DNA of 64,000 nucleotides from Selaginella moellendorffii (Eukaryota > Plantae > Lycopodiophyta). The notes under the pieces are model-generated. The model made no database searches. It saw nothing but the letters and a program-made list of their open reading frames with translations, and had not been told where the DNA came from. Shown piece after piece: positions 26,901 to 38,061 of the stretch. How positions within the stretch are numbered: the stretch's first letter is position 1; each line of letters begins with the position of its first letter. The position numbers were made by a program, and so were the translations under genes. The stretch lies in the NCBI RefSeq assembly GCF_000143415.4, contig NW_003314266.1, forward strand, positions 2,622,414 through 2,686,413. The letters are read 5' to 3'.

Positions 26901-27514
26901 GAAGGCCCTGGGGTTAGAAGAAATCTCTTGAGAACTTAACGAAAGTCGGGTGCGTCACTGGGGGAAATGTAAGCGCTTGGCTGCAAATCTAAATCCAGGA
27001 CAGCTTTTCAGGAGAGGATGTAAATTATAAACATGTTTAGAATCGTATGGCCTGGTTCATGGCTTGTTCCCAAAGGGTGCAGAGGCATGACACATGATGG
27101 AATTTTGTGGGCACCTCCATTCTATCTCCTTTGTGATTGTTGATCTGTTAATTTGTCTAAAGGTTCCTACAAGAAGCAAGAAGTGGGCCTTTATATGTGG
27201 TGATTTAGGTATAGTTACATCTATAAGGTTGACATCACTTTTGTGTGTGATATAAGACCACAACTTCCAAGCTACTCAAGAGAGAATTGGAACATTCTTG
27301 CTTTTTAATATATTTTTTACATTTCTGATATTTTCTTATTCTCCTAAATAATCTATTATCATTTCTTGTCAGTCCTATTTTTGTATTATTTTTAAATATC
27401 AAGCTTAAAAGGAGTCCAGAAGACAAGGAGGCATATGGATTGGAGAAAACCATCAGGGGGCCAATCCATAATACAGATTTTCTACCATCAGTAACTTAAT
27501 TTTTCCGGTTTTTC

Positions 27515-29431
27515 ATGGCAACAGATCATACAGTAGAGTGTTTAGCAATCTCGGTGGAGCGACTAGAGACCCTCTCTTATGCAGACTCAAACACGTACGC
27601 TCCTCTTCTACGAAGATGTGGGAGCAGCAAAGCTCTGGAACTGGGAAAGAGAATCCACAGGCACATTTGCAAGAGTGGGCACGAACGAGATACTTTCCTG
27701 GGGAATCTTCTTGTGGACATGTACGGACGGTGTACGAGAGTTGACGATGCCCGGGGAGTTTTCGACCGCATCAAGCGGAAGAATCGTTTCTCGTGGAATA
27801 TCCTTGTGGGAGCATATACCCAGAACGGGCATCTAGAGCTTGCGAGGGAGGTGTTTGATTCTATGCCAGAGAGAGACGTCGTGTCATGGAATACCATGTT
27901 TGGAGCATATGCGCAGCACAGGAATATTCACGAGGCAAGGCTTTTGTTTGAAAATATGCCCTTTCATAATGTTGTCTCTTGGAATGCCATGATACGGGCA
28001 TATGCCCAGGGAGGGTATAGTGGTGACGCGGTTTGCTTGTTTCATTCGATGCAATTAGAAGGGTTTAAGCCAAACGAGATCACATTCATAGTTGTGATAG
28101 ATGCTTGGGCTTCTTGGAGGGATTCTCAGCTGGACAATAAAACTCAAGGTTTGGAATCGTTGGTTATAGATAATGGGTTTCTTGCTGATGTTGCAGTTGG
28201 TAATGCTCTCATGAACCTCTACAGCAGATTTGAAAAATTTGACAAGGTTAATTTTGTGTTTGAAAAGATGGCAAAGCAAGATGTTGTGAGCTGGACTACA
28301 TTGCTCTCAGCGTATGCCCGAAATGGACATCCAGAGAAAGCTCTCGTGTGTTTGCCCCTGATGGATTTGGAGGGTCATCACCCAGACAGTATAACTTGCA
28401 TAACATTGTGCGAGGCTTGTGGAGAACTCGGTTCTTTGAAGCAATGCCTTGAAACTCAAGCAGTGATAGATGATGTTTCTAGTGATGTCAGATCAAATAC
28501 CAAAGTTGGAAATGCCTTGGTCACAATGTACGGAAAATGTGGTGAAGTTGATCTTGCAAGTCAATCCTTTAATAAAATTCCCAGCAAGGACGTAATAAGC
28601 TGGACTGCCTTGATCACAGCCAATGCCATAAATGGGCATCCGCACAAAGCAATGAGAGTTTTCAAGCTGATGGATCTTGAGGGTTTTTGCGTGGACAAGG
28701 TTGCGTGGATCAGCATGATCGATGCTTGCACTTGTGCTTCCGCCATTTTTGAGGGGAGATTGATCCACTCGGCTCTAGTGTCGCGAGGAGGATCAATCGA
28801 TCTCGAAGTATCCAATGCTCTCCTCAGCATGTACGCTAAATGCGGTAGCCTGAAAGATGCCGTGGCGATTCTAGACGTGATTCCTTCCCTGGACATTGTG
28901 GGATGGAACGCCATGATCACGGCATTTGCCCGGACTGGGCATTACACCCAAACTATAGATTTCTATCGCCTCATGGCTCTGGAGGGATCTTCTCGACCAA
29001 ACTCCATCACTTTTATCAGCGTCTTGAGTGCTTGCAGCCACAAAGGACTCGTCAAAGATGGAATATCCCATTTCACTTCGATGGTCTGGGACTATGGGAT
29101 TGAACCTGTAATCGACCATTACTTGTGCATGGTTGATCTCTTGGGTCGAGGTGGCGAGCTTAGAGATGCCGAGGAGCTACTAAAGAATATGCCCGTCGTG
29201 CCCAACGAGGTGGCATGGCGGACGCTCTTGAGCGCCTGTGGAACAAATGGGGACATTGGACGGGGAAAGTCGGCAGTCAAGAGAATCGAGCGCGAGACCT
29301 CATCGTCTCTGGCAGGTCGCAGGCTCGAATCGCTGGAGAAGACCTTTAGTGCCGGTGGTCGCGGTTTCGAATCTAGGGACGGGAAAATGGCCGTGTCACA
29401 TTTTCCTCAATGCCTTCTATCCTCCAACTAA
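27515..29431 (+). CDS. PLS-class pentatricopeptide repeat protein with truncated E region (organellar RNA-editing factor type), intronless
   Basis: 638-aa ORF with repeated LVxMYGKCG...VVSWxxxI motifs; HYLCMVDLLGRGG...AWRTLLSAC; no DYW domain. Confidence 0.92.
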   Translation: MATDHTVECLAISVERLETLSYADSNTYAPLLRRCGSSKALELGKRIHRHICKSGHERDTFLGNLLVDMYGRCTRVDDARGVFDRIKRKNRFSWNILVGAYTQNGHLELAREVFDSMPERDVVSWNTMFGAYAQHRNIHEARLLFENMPFHNVVSWNAMIRAYAQGGYSGDAVCLFHSMQLEGFKPNEITFIVVIDAWASWRDSQLDNKTQGLESLVIDNGFLADVAVGNALMNLYSRFEKFDKVNFVFEKMAKQDVVSWTTLLSAYARNGHPEKALVCLPLMDLEGHHPDSITCITLCEACGELGSLKQCLETQAVIDDVSSDVRSNTKVGNALVTMYGKCGEVDLASQSFNKIPSKDVISWTALITANAINGHPHKAMRVFKLMDLEGFCVDKVAWISMIDACTCASAIFEGRLIHSALVSRGGSIDLEVSNALLSMYAKCGSLKDAVAILDVIPSLDIVGWNAMITAFARTGHYTQTIDFYRLMALEGSSRPNSITFISVLSACSHKGLVKDGISHFTSMVWDYGIEPVIDHYLCMVDLLGRGGELRDAEELLKNMPVVPNEVAWRTLLSACGTNGDIGRGKSAVKRIERETSSSLAGRRLESLEKTFSAGGRGFESRDGKMAVSHFPQCLLSSN

Positions 29432-29473
29432 GTTGTTCTCTAGGTTTCGAGTAGCAAGGCGCTGGGCGTGGCC

Positions 29474-30977
29474 ATGGCGCTCACGGCGGGGACGAGCGCG
29501 GCGTGCTGCTCGGCGATGCCATCGTGCCTCCGCGAGGATTCGCAATGGTTTGGGGAGGAGCGCATGGCGTGGCCGAGATTTTTCAGAGGCAGCACAGGGA
29601 TTAGGGGAAGGAGCACGAGCAGCACCGCTAGTAGCAGCAGATTTTGCGTGGTTTCGAGGATGGGAGGCGGTAGAAGGGGAGGAAGGAGTGGCGGTGGGAG
29701 AAGAGGTGGTCGAGGACGAAGGGGCAATAGGGGCGCGGAGACTGTGAGTGAGGATGATGGCCCAACGATGAATGAGCGCATCAGGTAACACTAGCGAATG
29801 CTTTCGATAGAATTTTTCTCCGGTGTGAGCCTCTTCTAAAACTCTTTCTTGCATTCCAGAGCTCCAATTCTTCGTCTTATTGGAGAGGACTCACAGCAGG
29901 TACCATAAATATTTTTTTAGAAGGTCCAATTTGTTTTTTTTATCATGGTTTTTCATGTTTAGATTGGGATTGTTCCAAGGGAGGATGCGTTTCAAAGGGC
30001 TGAACGATTAGAGCTTGATCTCGTGAGCTTTCTTTCCTTCTTATTTGGAGATTCTGACAATGTTTTCTCTTCTGTAGGTTCTTATTTCAGCTGACTCCGA
30101 TCCACCGGTGGCCAAGTTGATGGATTACAGGTGAGAATGTTTCTGGCATTGCTGTCGAGACGAAAGTAACACAGCCAAATATTTACAGTGGATTCATTTG
30201 ATGGCAGCAAATACAAGTACGAGCAGCAAAAGAAGAAAAGGGACCAGCAGAAAAAAGCAGCTGGTATTACGTTTTTTTACAGCATTGGGTGTACGTGTTG
30301 ATCATCGCCGTTTTTCTGTTGTTTCTCTCCGCAGCTAGCAGAGTGGAGATCAAAGAATTGAAAATGAGGTAAGATGTCACGCTTCCTAAAACCATGGCTG
30401 TAGCTCTTACTTACACCCCCGTGTGCTACAGATATAACATCGATACTCACGACTACGAAGTTCGACTGAAGCAAGCGAAGAATTTCCTAAAAGATGGCGA
30501 CAAGGTAACGTTTTTTCTCAGCGGCGTGATGACTTAGAATGGTTTTGCTTGCCTTGCCGCACAGGTGAAAGTGTTCATGCCTTTCAGAGGCCGAGAAGCC
30601 CAATTCAAGGATTTGGGCGTGAAGCTCCTAAGAAAATTCGAGGAAGACATTGGAGAGGTATGGAGCTTTCATTTTTGTTTCATATCCAGCACATCTACAA
30701 AGTTTCTGTTTCGTGCTCTCAGATGGGATCCCTGGAAAACAAACTAGCTGACGAAGGGAGAACAATGTACATGACATTAGCACCCAACAAGATCCAGGCC
30801 TCCAAGTCGGAGAAATCCAAGCCGAGGCAATCCAAGGACGAGGAGGACGAAGAAATCGTGTCCGAGAGCGATGAGATTGCTGAGAGTGAAGAAGAAGAAG
30901 ACGAAGAAAACGATGGCGATGATTCGGCCGAAGAAGAAATCCGCGAAGAACAGGCAACAGCGGCCACAGTCTCTTAA
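29474..30977 (+). CDS. infC: Plastid translation initiation factor IF-3, multi-exon, acidic C-terminal tail
   Basis: Spliced: transit-peptide-like N-terminus, [80 protein letters not shown], FRGRE. Confidence 0.93.
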
Positions 30978-31242
30978 AGAGCTTTTTTTTTTGGTTCCTT
31001 GTTGTACAGGGCGATTAGTTTGTTTGAAAAGAGTATATTCCTTTGGCATCTTTTCGAAAATTGTAGCCGTTGGTAGAGGAGATTTTAGGGTTCTTGGAGG
31101 GCATGGCGTGGCGCTGCGGCGGATCTGTGGCGCTGGCGCGGGAATGCTACTGGTTGTAAGTTGCGGGAGGAGATCTTAGAGTAGGATTTGGGGGCCCGGC
31201 GATTGATCGAGCGATGCGAGCAGCGGCAGGGTTTGGGGAGTG

Positions 31243-32241
31243 ATGGGTAGTGAAAGACTGGCAGGGAAGCGGCCTCCTCCGACTCCTCAGGCTGCGCAGA
31301 GGAGGAAGCTTGCGAATATCACGAATTTACAGTTCGTTGAAGAGAATCCTGTCAAAGTCGAGCTCCAACAGGTAGGCTGTGTGGGTGTGCTCAAAGGGAA
31401 TAAAAAAATTCATGGGATGTTCTTGGCAGGACGTGGCGAAATTAAAGAGCCAAGTCGAAGCGCAGGCTGCTCACATCGAGAAGCTCGAGCTAGCTTTGGA
31501 GCAAAAGTCCGCCCAGAACGAGGAAATTATACAACACTACTATCGGCAGTACAAGGTGAGGATTTCTTTCTTTCTCGTTCCTTTGTGTTCTATGCGATGA
31601 GTTTGTGTTCTAAGATTTTCTTTTTCTGTTTCCTTGACACAGGAGCTAGAGCAAGCACGACAAGAGGTTTGTTTGTCACACAAGCTCGAGATCCCAGAGA
31701 CTAACTTTTGATTGTTTTGATAGATGAAACTCTTACAGCACGAGTACACACAAATGTGTAGCGTGTATAGGATAAGCAAGAGCGAACTCCAGGTACTCAA
31801 ACACTCGTTTTTCTCTTCTTTCATAGCCCATCTTGCGAAACGAGCGTACTCGCCTTGCTTCAGAGCCAACTCGAGGAAGCCAACGAGCAAATCAGGCGGC
31901 TCACTGAGAAAGAAAACCAGCCTCAACGAAAGAAGTCCAAGTCGCCACTGCCACCGCCGCCGAGCATGCAAGCCAAGCCGACGAGAAAACGCAGATCCAC
32001 CAGAGTGGTTTCCACCAAAGTCCAGAGCTACTGCCCGGCTTCGATCAAAGTGGAGGAGGAGCCGGAGCTGCCAGAGTTCGTCACGTCTCGAGCGTCTTCT
32101 CCCGGGGTAGTGATCAAAACCGAGAATTTTGTGAGAGCGCGGGCCGTGAGCACTTCCGGGAGGCCCGTGAGAAGAGCCGTGGAGACCGTGTCCTCGTACA
32201 AGGAGCCACCTCTCAACACGAAAATGCGAAGGCCCGGATAG
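31243..32241 (+). CDS. SGO1: Shugoshin (centromeric cohesion protector), 5 exons
   Basis: N-terminal RRKLANITN, coiled coil, and C-terminal basic SGO motif GRPVRRAVETVSSYKEPPLNTKMRRP. Confidence 0.88.
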
Positions 32242-32297
32242 CTCGAGAAGAAGGTACTCCTCGCCTTGTACTCTAGATACTTACTTGCTCTATTCCA

Positions 32298-34539
32298 TCA
32301 TCTCGGAGAAGCTAACAGCTTGGCCAGTTCGTCCACCGGTAAAACTCCCACAGACGGCTCGGGAGGAGGCAAAGGCTCCGCCAGCCTCTTCTGGAGTAGA
32401 AGTTCCTCGCGTCTCTTGTTGCGGTCCTCCACCTCGAACACTTTCGGCTCGTCGTCTTCGTCCTCGGGCCGGGGCACGCGTTTCACCGGCGGCGGAGCTC
32501 CACAAAGTGACTTAACAGTGTCGGGATCCAACTGGTTGTCCTCCAGAGTGGTCACCATCCCGAAGTTTATAGCTCGCTCCCACAAGTTCTCGAGTTCCTT
32601 GGCAGCTTGCAGCAAGGCCGGATCCACTTGGTTGGGTTCTTCCGACGCGTCGCTGTTTTCCTTCCCCTCGAAAACACTCTGCCGGATGAAATCCTGCGTG
32701 GCTTGCTCGCCCTCGGTGAGTTTTGCAGGGCCTCTCCACATGAGGACGCAGTTGTCTTCGAAAGATAGAAGGACGATTCCCAAGAGCTCCTGGAGTGATT
32801 GATTGTAAACACGAAAGTTTGTATGAAAATCTAACTAAGTTGGAGGAGTACGTACCTTGAGCTTGGCTCCGATCTTTCTTACATCGGCGATGTTCATGCC
32901 TCGGCAGTCGAGCTTCACTAGCTCGTCCACTTCGAATGCGGACTTAACTTCGTTCACGAGATGCAAGTAAACACCGTTTCTAGCTGCACAGCAAGTTAGT
33001 CGAGTGGTCTGTGAGTTCTAGGTGCTACAAACTTACATAGCTTAGTGAGTGGTTTCACTCGTCGGCCCCGTCGTCGCAAGTAGTCGGCGTGCTCCACGCT
33101 CAAACCCGCCGGAGCCTGCTGGATAAGTCGCGGATAGATCGGCACTGGAGGCTTCCACATCATGAGAGGAATCTCAGGCCGGTATCTTGGGTTGTAGTTG
33201 CGTCCTCGAAACAAATAGATCGATCCACCATGCCGCTGGATGATCTTACCGCCAGTCTTGTCCTGAAAAACCAGACTCCATCATACAAGAGAAGAGAAAG
33301 AGAACAAAAATTCTTCAAGCTAACCTCTATGTGAAAGCACACATTGTCCATGTCGATGGTTGGAACTCCCTTGCACCGGAGCTTGATAACTCGTCTGCGT
33401 TTCCAGTGGCAGTGGATCAAATCCAGCATATTGTGCGTTAGCCCGTCCCTGCCTGAGCTGATTGATCGCTGTCAGCTCGAGAAAAACACAAGAAACGAAG
33501 AGAAAAAAGAGAAAGACTTACCAATATTAACTTGCCGATGCTCCTTGTTGCACGCTAGAACAAGGTCTCCAATCTCATCCGGAGTGAGAGGCTCTCCCAT
33601 CACCTCCTCTCGAGTGGTCGCCAGGATTGGACGCTGTCCTTCCAGAAACGGACCCGCCGGCTCGACCGGCTTCACGCCTTTGAGATTCGGAGGCGGCGGA
33701 TTGAAAGAGTCGATCTCGTGCCGCTTCTTCTTGCTGGGAGGCAGCGGCTTTCTTCCAGTCCACGGCCTCGGCATCGTGTCGGGACCGAAAGGAGAGAACT
33801 GCGGGCCTCGCTCGGCGATAGGTTCTTCCTTTGGCATCTCCGAGTATGTGTACTGGAACTCGAAAGGAAGCTCGTAAACCGGCCGCTCTTCCGCGGGCTC
33901 ACTGCGAATCCACCGAGTAGCAAAGCCTTGCTGGAGCCGGTTTGGATACTTTGGCACTGGCAGCTCGAGATGTTCTCGTGGCAAAGGTGGCGGCCTCACT
34001 CGACGAGCAGAGCTTGCCTGTTCTAGGTGTTTCCTCGACCAATTGGGAAGATTTGATCCTTCTGGAAACTGGAGAGATGGAGCAGGAGGAGGAGACGGGG
34101 AAGCGTCCAATCCTTGCGAAGAGCTCTCACTCGGTTGCGAAGAACTGGAGTAGCCTCTGGAAGCCGGCGGTAAGATTGGCCGAGGAGGCCGCTTTGTAGG
34201 ACTGGATATCTTCCGGAAGGGCTCGTTCTTGGAGTACTTGGAATATCTCCCTGGAATGGAGGGCCGTGACGCGACGGAGCGCGAGCCCGCCGATCGAAAT
34301 CCATCATCCGGATGGAATTCCTGCCCCTGCTGCGGTCCTAGATCCCGTGCTCTGTCCGAGAACATCGAGTAGCGTTGCGGATTGCTGCCATTGTCATCGC
34401 TGGCGCCCGCATTGTACTGCTGGATCGATGCCGCGCACGCGCAGCACGATTTCTTGGGGATTGCCTCGTACCTGAGAGCCCTGGGGAGGAAGAAGCGCCT
34501 GGCGGGGATCACAGCGCTCAGCGCCATGCTACATTCCAT
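32298..34539 (-). CDS. CAF1: CRS2-associated factor (CRM-domain chloroplast group II intron splicing factor), multi-exon
   Basis: [99 protein letters not shown]. Confidence 0.9.
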
Positions 34540-34762
34540 AAACCCTAACTAGCATCTTTGCGATCAAACGGCCGTGATTCACGGTGCCTATTTTCTAGGG
34601 CTCTTTAGGGTTTTTGGGAACTCTCCCAGGGATGGAGGAGGCCGCGGCGATGGCGCAATGGGGGCGCTGGCGGCGATCGGGAGGTAAGAAAGGGTAGCGG
34701 CGCCAGGAGCTGCAATGAGAGCGTGAGGAGGAAATCTGGATTTTGGGAGAGATTTCGGGGGA

Positions 34763-37560
34763 ATGGACAAGGGAAACGCGTCGTGGGAGCAAGTCCACAG
34801 GATCTTGTTCCCGGGAGGGCCAGTTCCAGTGTCGCTGCTGGATGCTAGCAGCCATCCCCATTCCGGCGCAGGGCTCCTGGGGCCGCCCCCAGGGATGAAG
34901 AGTCCGTTTGAAATGCTACCGGATTTTGGGAATTCCTTGCAGGGCGGGCCGCCGCTAGCACCGCCAAGGCCACCGCTCACAGATCCCAGGCTCGTTACGA
35001 GAAGAGAAGACAGTCTCCATTTCTTCGCGATCCCTCCTCCGGTTCCAAGGGACCCGAAAATGCTGCATCACATCAAACTCTTCGCGGCGTTTGTGGCCAA
35101 GTTCGGTGTGGAGAATGAGTCGCTGGTGCGAGCAAAGCAGCAGGGAAAATCAGAGTTCTCGTTCTTGTATGGCGGAGAGCCAGGGAGCGAGGCGAGTATT
35201 GGGCGTCACTACTACGAGTGGCAAAAGGAAGTGATGCTCAAAGTCTTGGAGGCCAGGAAAGCGGTGTCCGAGGGGAAGATACCTCCAGATCGTCTTAGAT
35301 CGATGCAGCGGGAGCTGGAGCAGTGTTTGCAAGGCGTGCAAACTCTAAGAGGTACTCAAATGTCAAAGTTTTACATTTAGCTTAGATTCTTGGTAGTTAC
35401 AACGAATGCCTCCTTGCACAGTGCATTCAGCAATGTGAATGTGTTTTTTCTTTCCTGTCTGCTTATTCCTAGAATGGTTTTCTCATGGTAAGTTTGATTG
35501 TTTTGCTGGAATCTCATTGTACGTGGATTCCGCTAATTCCTAGAATGGTTCTCTCATGGTATGTGCTATTGTTTTGCTGGAATTTTGTTGTACGTGGTTT
35601 CCAATTCCTATGGTTTCTGTTGCTATAATCTCATTGTACGTGGTTCCCTTTTTTGGCACAGATTTTCGTCTCGAGGCAATCATTGGCTTACCAGAAAATG
35701 GTAAGCTTGACTGGCAAAAGATTGCACTAGAAGTTGGCGTGCCACTTCCGGGAGAGAGACGGCCATCTTTCGCCGAGCCGTCTGAGAAGGATAAGATGGC
35801 TCCGAAGCCTCAGATGGCGAAGCCAGTTATGGATGCTCCTACTGACCCCAGGCGAAACGTGAAAACGGACCGTGCTCGCGGTGGAGCTGGACGGAGGGAC
35901 GAGAAAGAAGCCAAGGAGGAATTTCCCAGTCCAGGCAACCGAAGAAGAAGACGAAGTAGAAGCAGGTCTCCCGAAAGAGATAGACACCGGCCACGAAGTC
36001 CATCACACAGAAACCATTCACCCCGACGCCGTGGAAGATCTCACAGGTCAGCTCCGGTAGCTTTTCTCCCTTCGTTCTCCTCTTCGTTTTATAAAACAGT
36101 GCTTGTTCTTCTTTCGTGCTTTGTTGCCTCACCAAAGTCTGATCTAGCAAAGTTTTCTTTATTTTCTTTGGTCCAGCCGCTCGCCAAGACGGAGGGAGCG
36201 ATTCCAATCTAAACGCGACGCTGACGAGAGAAAAGATGACAGTAACAACAACAACAAGAACAACAAACTCACTCACCACCATCACCAGCCGGGCCAGAGT
36301 TTGCAGCAGCAGCCAGAGCCGTTGCCTTTGGAAGCGTTACCGTTCGCAAGCCAGCACGTTGGTCACATTCTAGCTCCGCCGCCTCAGCCGCCAGCAAACT
36401 TGGAGCATCCACCGGGATTTGCAGTGGCAGCGGACAACACCACTTTTGCTAGATATATCACTGCTCCTCTGATGCACGACTCGCAGCAAGGTCCACCGCT
36501 TCCACCGCAGCAGCAGCAGCACCATTTTGCAAGCATCTCTCAGGATCCAGGACTGCCGAGAGTTCCTGGCAGTTACCCCCAAGTTGGTGCGGCATTTGCA
36601 CCCGCTTTGTCTGAAATACCAGCTCAACAGCAGCAATTTTTACTCCAGCAGTTGCAATTGTCTCACATCCAAAGCCAGCTGAGCAACGGGCCGCTGGGAC
36701 CGCAACCACCACCGCTGCCGCCGCCCCCTTGGTCCTCTGGTGGCGAAGTTTTGCCGCTCGAAGTCCACGCTCCTCCTCCGCAGCACTTTGTGGGACTTGT
36801 TGGTGGGCAGCCTCCTCCTCCCAACGCTCCGCCTCCGCCACCCTCGGCTCCAGTTCCAGCGATTTTTCTCCGGCAGCAACCGGGTGTTTCAGCTGAAAAG
36901 TATGATCCGCTACAGCCAACTTCGTCGTCGAACGACGTGGAGATGGAAGTGGAGGGCGGCTCTTCTCCAAAAGCAGCAGCGGCGGTGGCTGTGGCGGCAG
37001 ACGAAGAGCCGGAGGTTGTGAATTCCAAGCTCGAAGTTGCCGAGGCGGGCTCCAAGAGGTCTTCCGAGGCTGCCGCAACCAGCAAGGAGAAGGATCACAA
37101 GGAGAAGGATCACCACAAGGAGGAAGACGGTGACGAGGATGGAGAGCGCTTGCAAAAGGAGAGGAGCGAGAAGGATGGGCGAGCTCTCAAGGTGGTGAGG
37201 AACACAGTCGCGGAGTTCGTCAAGGAGCTGCTCAATCCAAAGTGGAGGGATGGAGTTCTCAGCAAGGACGACTTCAAGGTGATCGCGCAAAAGGCCGTGA
37301 ACAAAGTGGTGGGGAACTTGCAAGGCTCGCAGATCCCCAAAGGCACCGAGCGAGTGGATCGATTCATGGCTTCGTCCAAGGACAAGATCGTCAAGCTCGT
37401 CCAGGTATGAAAAACAACTCTTTTTTCCTCACTCTCCCGATCGATTATCCTCAGCCATGGTTTGTCAATCCAGGAATACGTCGAGAAGCACACGAAAAAC
37501 GCTCCAGCTCCATCCTCCACTGCCGCTACCGCCGAGGAAGACAATGGTGCTGCGTCATAG
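34763..37560 (+). CDS. SWAP/SURP-domain, RS- and Pro-rich protein with C-terminal SRI-like helical domain; multi-exon
   Basis: SURP: HIKLFAAFVAKFGVENESLVRAKQ...FSFLYGGEPGSEA...YYEW. RSRSRSP tract. C-terminal VAEFVKELLNPKWRDGVLSKDDFKVIAQKAVNKV...KIVKLVQEYVEKH. Confidence 0.8.
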
Positions 37561-38061
37561 CAAGAACTTCGCAAGAACTTCAAAGGAAAAAGCTCGAGGA
37601 GTGCTGCGACATCCCCTCGAGAAGGCGATGGATGATCGAACTCACTCTTATTGACAGACATAGGACTAAAATCTTCTTAAAATGTAAAAACTCCTCTTTG
37701 TCCCATACTTTGATCAAAGGTTGATATAGTTTCAAGCTTGCATGACATTAGCAAAGGGTCTAGACATTGGATAAAATTCAGGACAAATCGCTGGCCGTTG
37801 GATAGGGCGGATCCAGCGGCTTGTGGAAACCCTTTTACGAGCTCTCGAGCTCCTCCTCGAGCTTCCAGGAAATCGCGAGGCGCACGATCACTCTTAGGGC
37901 GGCCGAATCGGTGACCGGAAGCGACGCATCCCTGATAGCAGCAGCACGAATTTAATGCGGATTGGAGGTATTTGGGCGCGGATCATGGATTCTAGGACGC
38001 GGATTTGGATTTAGGGGTTGGAGTTTTGGCGATCGCGGTGTTTTGATCGCTTGGCGGGTCC

